Shown here piece after piece: positions 26,368-34,472 of a stretch of DNA of 64,000 nucleotides. The stretch comes from an uncultured Oscillospiraceae bacterium (lineage in GTDB: Bacteria > Bacillota > Clostridia > Oscillospirales > Ruminococcaceae). The translations under genes were made by a program, and so were the position numbers. The stretch is taken from contig CAJFOJ010000034.1 in the NCBI GenBank assembly GCA_904396495.1, positions 113-64,112 on the forward strand. The letters are read 5' to 3'. The notes beneath the pieces are model-generated. The model did not search any database and was not told where the DNA came from. It was given only the letters and a program-made list of their open reading frames with translations. Numbering within the stretch: position 1 is the first letter of the stretch; every line of letters begins with the position of its first letter.

Positions 26368-28134
26368 ATGAAAAAAGATGTTAAAATTGCTATTCTAGAT
26401 ACCTATGTAAACATTGATCAACCGTCTCTTAATTATAAAGTGAATATAATAGGGGATAACGGAGATAATATAAAGATCAATCATGCCACTTCGATTTGTG
26501 ACGAAATTATCCGCCAGTGTGCGAATGTTAAAATAGATGTCTATCCTATTTTTGAAAATGCATCTGAAATCGAACCTGGATTAATTATAGAAACTTTATC
26601 TTCGATTTTTTATAGTGATATCAGGTATGATATTATCTTGATGAGTCTAGGAATAGATTCTTTTGAGTATTATGACGAGACATTAAAAATTTGCAATGAA
26701 ATTCGAAAAAAAGGAACGATACTCGTTTCTGCGTTTAACCACGGTGGTGGACTTTCAATTCCAGCAGCTTTTGATTGTGTTTTGGGAGTAGATATTACTG
26801 ATCAACTTAATAAGCCTAATGAGTTTTTCTATCTGGAAAATAAAGCTGTTAATATCGTATGTTCTAATAGGCAGAGACGAGTTGCAGCGGAAACCACAGG
26901 AGATACTATATTAATGGCTGGCACAAGTATTAGTGCCGCTTTCATATGCGGACATATTGCAAAAGGGCTTTCATGTGGACAATGCACCCAAATAGAAAGT
27001 AGCGTAAATGAATATTTGAAAAACACCGCAAAAAAAGTTTATCATGAATCGTTTCGTTCACTTCCAAATAATTGTTTTACCGGAAAGAAATTCGTAGCAT
27101 TTCCTTATAGTAAGGAAATGCTTTCAATGATATATAATAAAGATTTCTTGGGCTACGAACTTGTATCTTTATTCGATTTTAACCATTCCATACATATTGG
27201 TACAGAATTCGAAAGTACAAATAATAAAAAAATTATAGTACAAAATATAAGCCATATTGATTGGGAAGCCTTTGATATTCTTGTTATTGGGCATATAAAC
27301 CAATACAAAAACTCAATAAGCAAATTCGAGAGCATTGTTAGTGGACTGATAGCCAAAGCCCAACAGCATAATAAACAAATATATTGCTTTGATACAGATC
27401 CTATAAAAATTAGTAAAAATGACAGACTTCTTTCACCGCATATAGATGAATGTAATATACCGCAGTTAAATCGTGGGCGATTATGGAATATACCATTGCC
27501 AACCTTAGCAATTGTTGGAACCGGCCCAAGGCAAGGCAAATTTTCTACAATGCTTAAATTACGCAATACTTTAATCGAAAGAAATTATAATGCTTCAATA
27601 ATAGCAACGGAACCTTCCGGCCCACTTTTCAACGCAGAATTTACATTTCCGTATGGGTATAATTCCAGTGTTGAAATAAAAGTACAAGATTATCCTGCAG
27701 TTATTAATCAAATGTTGTATGAGATTTTTCTTAAGAAGAAAGATATTGTTCTTATGGAACTTCAGTCTTCCATTTTGTGTAGAAATTATCATAATATAGA
27801 TCAAAATACTTGTATTCAAAATTCAGTGTTATATGGTTTGAATCCAGACACCCATTTAATTATTATTTATCCGGATGATGACATATCATATGTTAATCGG
27901 ATAAATCAATATCTTACATCACATTTTCAATCTACATTAGTAGGAATATTGGTTTTCCCTGTTACATACAGATATACAATTGCAGGACATATTGAGGAGT
28001 ATCATATGGAAAATACAGATTCCTATAAACAGTGTATTGCACGGTTACAGGAGATAGTCGACGCACCCGTTTTAGGCATGAATGAGTATTTTAATGATAT
28101 TATTTGTGATTCATTAATTAAAAGCCTGACCTAA
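26368..28134 (+). CDS. Subtilisin-like (S8) serine peptidase fused to a C-terminal P-loop-like (DUF1611-like) domain
   Basis: D-H-S triad in subtilase order: IAILDT, NHATSI, GTSISAAFICGH, with SAFNHGGG between. C-terminal half carries LAIVGTGPRQGKFST...IIATEPSG. Confidence 0.7.
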   Translation: MKKDVKIAILDTYVNIDQPSLNYKVNIIGDNGDNIKINHATSICDEIIRQCANVKIDVYPIFENASEIEPGLIIETLSSIFYSDIRYDIILMSLGIDSFEYYDETLKICNEIRKKGTILVSAFNHGGGLSIPAAFDCVLGVDITDQLNKPNEFFYLENKAVNIVCSNRQRRVAAETTGDTILMAGTSISAAFICGHIAKGLSCGQCTQIESSVNEYLKNTAKKVYHESFRSLPNNCFTGKKFVAFPYSKEMLSMIYNKDFLGYELVSLFDFNHSIHIGTEFESTNNKKIIVQNISHIDWEAFDILVIGHINQYKNSISKFESIVSGLIAKAQQHNKQIYCFDTDPIKISKNDRLLSPHIDECNIPQLNRGRLWNIPLPTLAIVGTGPRQGKFSTMLKLRNTLIERNYNASIIATEPSGPLFNAEFTFPYGYNSSVEIKVQDYPAVINQMLYEIFLKKKDIVLMELQSSILCRNYHNIDQNTCIQNSVLYGLNPDTHLIIIYPDDDISYVNRINQYLTSHFQSTLVGILVFPVTYRYTIAGHIEEYHMENTDSYKQCIARLQEIVDAPVLGMNEYFNDIICDSLIKSLT

Positions 28135-28479
28135 CATATGTTTATTATTGATAGAGAGCTTACCCGTTCTCTAACGCCTTTAGGCGGTTTAACAAAGTGA
28201 AAAGTCGGTGCCTCAAGACGCTGAGAGGTAATAATAAGTTTTTAGCCTTTGTGCAAATCACCCGCGAATAAAATATTCTTTAGCTCTAGGGAATTGGCAT
28301 CTTTCTCACAAAGCGAACTAAACGAACAGTTCTTCTGTTTTTTTCAGAACATTTTCCAAACTGGTTTTTATATAAGAAAAATTGTTCTGTAACAAGAGCA
28401 TAGCATAAATCCTACCTGACATTCCATGACATTTTTTTATTAGCTTCATAAGAATACAACTGCATATGGAAGCAAAGCT

Positions 28480-28513
28480 CAAAAAATGGAGATGGATATT
28501 AATCCACCTCCAT
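28480..28513 (-). terminator. Hairpin terminator downstream of the IS200-like relic
   Basis: 12-bp stem with one mismatch (28486-28497 / 28502-28513). On the minus strand it is followed by TTTTTT. Confidence 0.4.
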
Positions 28514-28535
28514 ATAAATTTTTATTCTTTCCTTA

Positions 28536-28727
28536 TCACATAATGGAATAGTTTAATGTAATAGACTCTCTAACAACGTGCCCAAAATGGTAGGCATCAT
28601 AGTATTGTTCCAAATGAAATAAACTCATTTGATCCGTTATCTGATCTTCTTCCAATTGCTTTTTTATGTATTCCTGCATTTGCTTTTTATTCCTTCCTAC
28701 TGTATCCACATAATAGCGGATGGTTCT
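28536..28727 (-). pseudogene. C-terminal relic of an IS200/IS605-family Y1 transposase (TnpA)
   Basis: Open frame reads RYYVDTVGRNKKQMQEYIKKQLEEDQITDQMSLF, matching the conserved TnpA C-terminus as I recall it. No N-terminal HUH/Tyr part and no start codon. Confidence 0.5.
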
Positions 28728-28739
28728 TTAAGCAAAAAG

Positions 28740-28774
28740 AAAGAGAGATATTGCCAAGCGCAATATCTCTCTTT
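28740..28774 (-). terminator. Rho-independent terminator of the PRTase/SLOG operon
   Basis: Perfect 15-bp stem AAAGAGAGATATTGC/GCAATATCTCTCTTT with loop CAAGC. A T-rich run follows on the minus strand. Lies 8 nt past the stop at 28782. Confidence 0.65.
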
Positions 28775-28781
28775 TACTATG

Positions 28782-29348
28782 TCAATTTCCGGATAGAAGT
28801 ACCGAGTTTTTTAATAAACTTGAATATAATAATCTTGTTTTGGGATTGCACAATGCCACTAATTTATTTACATCCTTAAAACTGCTGGCAACTATCATTT
28901 TATTTTGAGTGGTAAGATAAATTAAAACTTTTTTGTTCTGTGAAATCAGATTAATAATATTATTTAAGGTTCCTCGGCTTTCTCCGTCCCAAATCATAAA
29001 ACCATAATCAGCCTCATTAGCCATTGCTATGTCTTTCTGCTTATAGAAATCAAAGCCTCGCACATTGGAGGGCACCGAAACATTATGGATATTCCAACGT
29101 CCAACATTATTTCGTGCTTTTCCATTGCTTGCAAACACGATTACGTTATTATATCCCAGTTGATAATAAAAATTTTGCACGGAAGTGTCTACACCATAAC
29201 AGTCTCCTACAAGTACATCATAACCCTTTTGATAAATAGACATCATTTTTTTTTGAACAGAAGCATCTAAACTTTTTACAGACCTTGCTCCAGCTATAAA
29301 AATTTTCACGGTATAGGTACTCCTTTCAGCATTATTTTGTTTTTGCAA
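28782..29348 (-). CDS. SLOG/DprA-like Rossmann-fold protein (ShosA-like candidate antitoxin)
   Basis: IFIAGARS...YDVLVGDCYGVDTSVQ...VIVFASNG...EADYGFMIWDGESRGTLNNI pattern of DprA/SLOG folds. An alternative GTG start at 29309 follows GAAAGGAG. Confidence 0.55.
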   Translation of the reverse strand: MQKQNNAERSTYTVKIFIAGARSVKSLDASVQKKMMSIYQKGYDVLVGDCYGVDTSVQNFYYQLGYNNVIVFASNGKARNNVGRWNIHNVSVPSNVRGFDFYKQKDIAMANEADYGFMIWDGESRGTLNNIINLISQNKKVLIYLTTQNKMIVASSFKDVNKLVALCNPKTRLLYSSLLKNSVLLSGN

Positions 29349-29901
29349 TGGCTAAGTAATATACTTTTTCAATAAGGGGATCGCTCTTTAATACTGATAC
29401 ACACTCATTTGCTGTTTCGCCAGAAGAATAAAAATCATCAATTAGCAATATATTACAGTGCCTTTTTGCTTCTTTCAGTTTTACAATAGATCCTTTTAGC
29501 GATTTTGAATCTTTTGGCATATTTTTTGCTGGATTACTGTCTATCTTTTTTAAAACTTCCTCAGAATATGGAATACGTAATTTTGAAGCGATGGATTCAG
29601 CGATCATATATACAGGCTGACTAAGTCTTTCGGAAGTTGGTGGTGCAGGAAGAATGATATCTATTTTTATGTCAGATAACCATTGTTTTAAAACATCACA
29701 GCAAATCCCTGCGATTTCATTACTCGTATCAAAATGACCGTTATATTTCATAGCGTGTAGCAATGTGCCTATTGTAGTATAGGAAGTATTGAACTGTGGA
29801 TGCCCAAAAACATCATCGCCAATATATTCGCTTGACTCAACGTATTTATCAATAACAAGACCTTCATCCCAAAGTCCAGTAACAAAAAGGACAGAATTCA
29901 T
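29332..29901 (-). CDS. Type I phosphoribosyltransferase (ComF-like; ShosT-like candidate toxin)
   Basis: PRPP-binding signature ILLIDDFYSSGETANE. Start chosen at the ATG after AGGTGA; the track ORF extends to 29952. Confidence 0.65.
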   Translation of the reverse strand: MNSVLFVTGLWDEGLVIDKYVESSEYIGDDVFGHPQFNTSYTTIGTLLHAMKYNGHFDTSNEIAGICCDVLKQWLSDIKIDIILPAPPTSERLSQPVYMIAESIASKLRIPYSEEVLKKIDSNPAKNMPKDSKSLKGSIVKLKEAKRHCNILLIDDFYSSGETANECVSVLKSDPLIEKVYYLAIAKTK

Positions 29902-29994
29902 GATTATGTTCACCTGCATCTTTCCATAATTATAATATCGCAAAATTGTCAAAAAATCAATGTCCGGTTATCTTTTTCGAAATACAGTTAGATA

Positions 29995-31365
29995 TCACGG
30001 AACAATCGCGCCGCTGCCATCGGTCTGAAGCATCTGGCACTCCTTGATGTCTCCATAGGATTCCTCAAAGAAATAGTAATCCTTGCCTGCAATGGTGCGG
30101 AAGCCTCTGGCTGCGTTTCCTTTGCCTGGCTCAAAGTAGTACCACCTGCCGCCAATCTGCTGCCAGCCTTCCAGCATGGCTCCACTGTCGCTCAGATAAT
30201 ACCATTCGCCTTTCTCTTCCAGCCACCCGGTTTTCATGGCTCCACCCGCATTGAGATAGTACCAGACATTTCCAACCTTGCACCAGCCTATTGCCATCTC
30301 GCCGTTGGATTTGAGGTAATACCATTTGTTCTGGTCGAAAAGCCAGCCTGTCGCCATAGCTCCGCTGGATTTTAAGAAATACCACTTGCCGTCCACCTCG
30401 ACCCAGCCGGTCGCCATGTAGCCGTCGGAATTGAGATAGTACCAAATCCCCTGGACTTTCTTCCAGCCCACCACGTCTTTTCCGTTTTCCCGGTAACGCC
30501 ATTTTCCCGACTGCTTGTACCAGCCCTCAGCGGGTGCAGGCGGTGTGACAGGCTCTTTTCCCGTTTCCAGCAGTTTGCCGTCTATGTACACCCCGTCGAT
30601 TGCCCACGCCTCAAAGAGTGGCAGGGGAAAGTTGTTGCGCTGGCTCCAGGTGACGATGCTGTAGGGCATGGTGAAGAGCCCCTTTTTCCCGAAGCCCTCC
30701 CCCCAGGAATTCAAAACGGTGAATCCATCTTTGTCCCAGCCGACAATCAGCATCATGTGGCCGCCCGCCATGGGTTCCAGGCTTGTGCCGTCGATGCGGG
30801 GCTCCGGCATAATCGGGTTTGTATCCGAAATCTCATAGAAGCTTTTGAATACAATTGTGCCTACTAAAACCGGATACCCGTTGTATACCGCCTGTTTTAC
30901 CTCTTCCGCACCCATGCACTGGTAGTAGTTTTTGATGCGGATATTCTGGGCTTCGTCCTTGAACTGGCTGTATTTGCTGTTAAAGGTGTGCATGGCTTCC
31001 ACCATTTCTTCTTCAAAGGGATACCGGGCAAAGGCAAGGCCTCCGTCTTTCTGAGCGGCTTTCAAAAGGCCTCTCGCCTCTGTCCCTTCTCCCTGGTATT
31101 CGGTGTGTCTCCGGTTGCCGTAGTACCAGGGAAAACTGATGGGTTCGTATTTTCCCGCCTTGCTGAGCAGGATCTCCACACAGGCGCTGAGTGCGTGTGT
31201 GCCGCAGTTTTGGTATTCGCCCTGGTCGTGTACCTGGATGCCGGAAACGTCCAACTGAAAGCTCTCCGGCAGCGGCTCCGCGCCGTATGTAGCCCCAAAG
31301 ATAAAGTCTCTCGGGTCTGGCTCTGTTTGGATGAGGCCAAGGCCTCTGTTTTCATATTCGCTCAT
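29995..31365 (-). CDS. Lysin: papain-like (C1-type) cysteine peptidase domain + about 9 cell-wall-binding (CW_binding_1/choline-binding-type) repeats
   Basis: QGEYQNCGTHALS (Cys), GGHMMLIVGW (His) and LNSWGEGFGKKG. Repeats of the GW..(x)GKWYYL.. type span aa 283-440 (nt about 29998-30519). Confidence 0.75.
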   Translation of the reverse strand: MSEYENRGLGLIQTEPDPRDFIFGATYGAEPLPESFQLDVSGIQVHDQGEYQNCGTHALSACVEILLSKAGKYEPISFPWYYGNRRHTEYQGEGTEARGLLKAAQKDGGLAFARYPFEEEMVEAMHTFNSKYSQFKDEAQNIRIKNYYQCMGAEEVKQAVYNGYPVLVGTIVFKSFYEISDTNPIMPEPRIDGTSLEPMAGGHMMLIVGWDKDGFTVLNSWGEGFGKKGLFTMPYSIVTWSQRNNFPLPLFEAWAIDGVYIDGKLLETGKEPVTPPAPAEGWYKQSGKWRYRENGKDVVGWKKVQGIWYYLNSDGYMATGWVEVDGKWYFLKSSGAMATGWLFDQNKWYYLKSNGEMAIGWCKVGNVWYYLNAGGAMKTGWLEEKGEWYYLSDSGAMLEGWQQIGGRWYYFEPGKGNAARGFRTIAGKDYYFFEESYGDIKECQMLQTDGSGAIVP

Positions 31366-31375
31366 GTTTTCCTCC

Positions 31376-32005
31376 TTACTTTAAATGCCCATATTCATCT
31401 GTTTTAAGCATCTGTCCCTCTTTGATCTTCCCGTACCCCCTGGGCGCGAAACAGTACGTCTTTCCGTCAATGCGCTGGGGGCCGGATGCCGTGTACTTTC
31501 CGTCAAAGTAGTACCAGCAGCCGTCTACAAATGCCCAGTCGTTTTGAAAGGCTCCGTATGTCCAGCCTTTGGAGGTCTTTTTCCAGATATAGAAGATGTG
31601 GTTATCCGGCATCCCTTCATTGGGGAGTCCGAGGATGGTATGGGGCATGACGTTGCGGTCGTACCGGTCACGCACCTGATAATGACAGTGTGCGCCAAAG
31701 CTTAAACCGGTGTTTCCCATAACCCCTAATTTGGTTCCAATCTCTACCCGCTGTCCCACCGAGACCGCCCGGCTTGCCATGTGGCAGAAATAGTGCTTGT
31801 TGCCTTGGGCGTCATCCACCCGGACGTAATTGCCCCATTCCCATGTGACATCTCCGCTGGATTTTGGGATGATGGTAGATGATTTTACTACACCCTCCAC
31901 CGGGCTCACAATGTTTTTGCTGGAAAGCCCAACAATGTCCATCCCGATATGCCCCGAGTGGTATTTCTGGGTCACTTTGAAATTGCCGTTGAAAATCCGT
32001 CTCAC
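31376..32005 (-). CDS. M23 family metallopeptidase lysin with one C-terminal wall-binding repeat
   Basis: HIGMD (HxxxD) and GAHCHYQV (HxH). The C-terminal tail DGKTYCF...YGKIKEGQMLKTDEYG parallels the tail of the neighbouring lysin. Confidence 0.75.
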   Translation of the reverse strand: MRRIFNGNFKVTQKYHSGHIGMDIVGLSSKNIVSPVEGVVKSSTIIPKSSGDVTWEWGNYVRVDDAQGNKHYFCHMASRAVSVGQRVEIGTKLGVMGNTGLSFGAHCHYQVRDRYDRNVMPHTILGLPNEGMPDNHIFYIWKKTSKGWTYGAFQNDWAFVDGCWYYFDGKYTASGPQRIDGKTYCFAPRGYGKIKEGQMLKTDEYGHLK

Positions 32006-32009
32006 AGGA

Positions 32010-32255
32010 TCACCCTCTTTTCTTTTTCAGTTCCCTCATGTACTCGTCTGCCTGTACCGCTTCCTGTGTAAACGAGTTGTTCTTCCACCAAGACCACAAT
32101 GCCGCAGCTGTGGTAAGCAGCAAGGTAAATCCCTCATATGCCTGCTCGTCCGACCATGGAAGGGGATTGTGCCCCGAAATAGTCAAAATTTGATTGAGCA
32201 ATGCAAAAATAAGTACGCCTGTCCGTGCAATGGTGCTGATTGATAAGTTTTTCAT
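32010..32255 (-). CDS. Holin, phage phi-LC3 family-like
   Basis: 81 aa starting at the ATG after ACAGGAGGAA. Two TM segments and a hallmark WWKNNSFTQEA tail. The track ORF start at 32354 is rejected. Confidence 0.75.
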   Translation of the reverse strand: MKNLSISTIARTGVLIFALLNQILTISGHNPLPWSDEQAYEGFTLLLTTAAALWSWWKNNSFTQEAVQADEYMRELKKKRG

Positions 32256-32272
32256 TCTGATTCCTCCTGTCT

Positions 32273-32581
32273 TTACATTCCGATTTGGGTAAATACAAAT
32301 CCCAATACAATTCCGACTACAGCCGTGACGGCATATCCGACTACTTTCCTCCACATTGCGCCGTCCCTGCCTTCCAGCTCTTCCAGCCGCTTTCCCTGCT
32401 CCTGCTGCTCCCTCTGCATATTTTCCATATTGGTCGCCAGCCTCTCTACGGAAACCAGCAGTTTGTTGTTTTGTTCCAATCCTTTTTCCAAATCATTCAG
32501 GCGGTGATGAATTCTTTTGTGTTCTTCGTCCATCCGCTTGACAAATTCGATGTGTTCTGCTCTTGCAATTGGTGTATCCAC
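32273..32581 (-). CDS. XhlA-like lysis-module protein (coiled coil + C-terminal TM)
   Basis: 102 aa. Charged coiled-coil N-terminus, then C-terminal WRKVVGYAVTAVVGIVLGFVF. Sits immediately upstream of the holin, as in PBSX-type cassettes. Confidence 0.6.
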   Translation of the reverse strand: MDTPIARAEHIEFVKRMDEEHKRIHHRLNDLEKGLEQNNKLLVSVERLATNMENMQREQQEQGKRLEELEGRDGAMWRKVVGYAVTAVVGIVLGFVFTQIGM

Positions 32582-32585
32582 GTCC

Positions 32586-33662
32586 TCACTCCTTTAATTT
32601 GTATTCACCCCGGTTGCCACCGGAGCCACACGCGCGGGCCGCAAGGCCCCAGTTAGCAGCGCTGAGGCCAGAGTTCAGAAGAACACAGGCAAAACCACAG
32701 TAGCTCCAAACGTCCAGATGTCCAAAAGCCGGCCATACACGCCAGCTGGTAGTTACTGCGCCGTCACGGTAAACACCTGCACGGTAGCCGGCAGTGGAGG
32801 AGTCTGCAAAGGTCTGTGCAAGCATATATGCCTCCTGGTTGTTTGCATCCCAGTTAAGCTCTGCAATGTATTTCCACGCCGCATCCGTTTCCTTTGGGAT
32901 AGTACCAATCGTTACGGAGTTGGCGCCGTTTCCGTTTTCCGCAATATCGGAAGCCTTGCGGTTAAGGTACACGGTGTACTTTTCGGCATCCTCGTAAAGG
33001 GTGGTATCACCGGGCACCTCGTATGCACCTACCATCACCTCAATGCCCTGGATCTTGCAGGGCTCTTTGCCGGAGGTGTTATTGGTCGGGCTGCCGTCAT
33101 TGCCGGGCACTTCGTCTGTGCTGCCGGTCTGCCACGGGTGCGTCACAATGTAGGTGGCGGTTGTGGTGTTAAAGGGTGTTTCAGTGTCGAGGTTTACAGC
33201 TTTGTATGCTGTGCCGTCCACCGTTACATCCTCCATGCTCAAAATCTTTGTAATATCGCACACATCGTATGTGGTAGCCTTTGCACGGTCATTTGTGCTG
33301 CCGAGTGATACGCAGCTGCCCACCACAAAATATGAGCCTTGTGTGGGGGTAAGCAGCACGCGGGTAACGCCTGTTTCGGCGGCCGCCGCTGTGTATGTGG
33401 TTGAATAACTGCGGCAGCCCGTCATTACCTGCGCCGAGCCGAGCACTGCATATTTAATCTCAAGCATAAGCTGGATAAATGCAATATCGCAAAGGCTGGA
33501 GCCGCAGTATTGGTTGCCCCATTCACGCCATTTTGCGATCTGCCCGTTAAAGCTGATTGAAGTCGATCCCTCGGAGCCGGGGCGCATTGTTGCGGGCTGT
33601 ACGCCGGAAACGCTGGAAAGCAGTCCGGCAGAGTTGTATCCAGCCGCATACTTGGCGTGCAC
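32586..33662 (-). pseudogene. Phage tail-fibre/receptor-binding-like structural gene, apparently frameshifted near its 5' end
   Basis: Long ORF opens at a GTG without an RBS. A well-placed ATG (33721, after AGAAGGA) opens a different frame (MILLRLNDDKTLSIPFAAL...). A single-nt shift near 33660 would join them. Confidence 0.45.
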
Positions 33663-33725
33663 AACAAAGCTGCGAACGGTATGCTTAATGTTTTATCATC
33701 GTTTAGTCGTAATAAAATCATATAA

Positions 33726-33878
33726 TCAATCCTTCTTGTCAGTTTTGCGATCTCCTAAGATAATTTTAGAAACTACCTCTTGCAAGTTGCTCAACGAAGG
33801 AACATCTTCCACACTATATCGTCCTGCTCTGATCACACTGACCCATGTCCTGACTATTCCGCTATTTTCATCAAACAT
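33726..33878 (-). CDS. XkdX-like small phage protein (50 aa)
   Basis: sORF MFDENSGIVRTWVSVIRAGRYSVEDVPSLSNLQEVVSKIILGDRKTDKKD. Tightly packed between neighbouring late genes. Not in the track. Confidence 0.4.
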   Translation of the reverse strand: MFDENSGIVRTWVSVIRAGRYSVEDVPSLSNLQEVVSKIILGDRKTDKKD

Positions 33879-33889
33879 ATATCATGCTC

Positions 33890-34192
33890 CTATTCTTCTT
33901 TTTTCTGAAGATTTGCAATCAAAATAGAAAGTTCCGCAATTGCCATTTCCATTTGCGCCTGCAATTCCTTTTGTTCTTGCAGATGCTGATGTTCTGTAAT
34001 TTCTACCATGGTGACAGACTCAGTGCCCAATATGTTGTTCTTTCCATCAATGTGGTATACGGTTCCGTCTATTAAAACCCCATTGGCATCTGATTGCTCA
34101 CACAACCCAAAGCAGCCATTGTCATAAACGGTTATCCATTTGGGGTTATTTAACGTAGATAGCACTGTGCTGTCTTTTATAAATCTGTACAT
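33890..34192 (-). CDS. Phage late-region hypothetical protein
   Basis: 100-aa ORF with RBS TGGAGGAA. First gene of the retained minus-strand late block. Confidence 0.5.
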   Translation of the reverse strand: MYRFIKDSTVLSTLNNPKWITVYDNGCFGLCEQSDANGVLIDGTVYHIDGKNNILGTESVTMVEITEHQHLQEQKELQAQMEMAIAELSILIANLQKKEE

Positions 34193-34250
34193 ATAAATTC
34201 CTCCATTAAACGCTGATTAAACGCAGAATGCAAACCCTTTCAACGTTACC

Positions 34251-34445
34251 ATGATAAGCATCAATGGCAACTTTAATAATGTAGTTGCCTTGCACAATGA
34301 CAGCGATGAATCTCAAATCATAGAACCGGACGAGCGTATTGCCCAATTAATCGTCCAGCCGTATCTGAATGTTGAGCTTAAAGAGGTTGACAGTTTGTCA
34401 AATACAGAACGAGGCAGCGGTGGATTTGGTTCTACGGGTAAGTAA
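34251..34445 (+). pseudogene. C-terminal stub of a dUTPase
   Basis: Ends ...DERIAQLIVQPY...NTERGSGGFGSTGK (dUTPase motifs 4-5). Motifs 1-3 are missing or degenerate. Confidence 0.6.
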
Positions 34446-34472
34446 AATATCATATGCTGATATAAAAGCGAG

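Noticed and set aside
29998-30519. Roughly 60-nt periodic tandem repetition that could be taken for a CRISPR array or satellite
   Set aside because: The periodicity is the coding sequence of about 20-aa cell-wall-binding repeats in the lysin. There are no unique spacers and the ORF is continuous.
32256-32354. N-terminal 33-codon extension of the holin ORF
   Set aside because: It is a Cys/Arg-rich non-holin-like sequence overlapping the XhlA-like gene. The strong RBS ACAGGAGGAA precedes the internal ATG at 32255.
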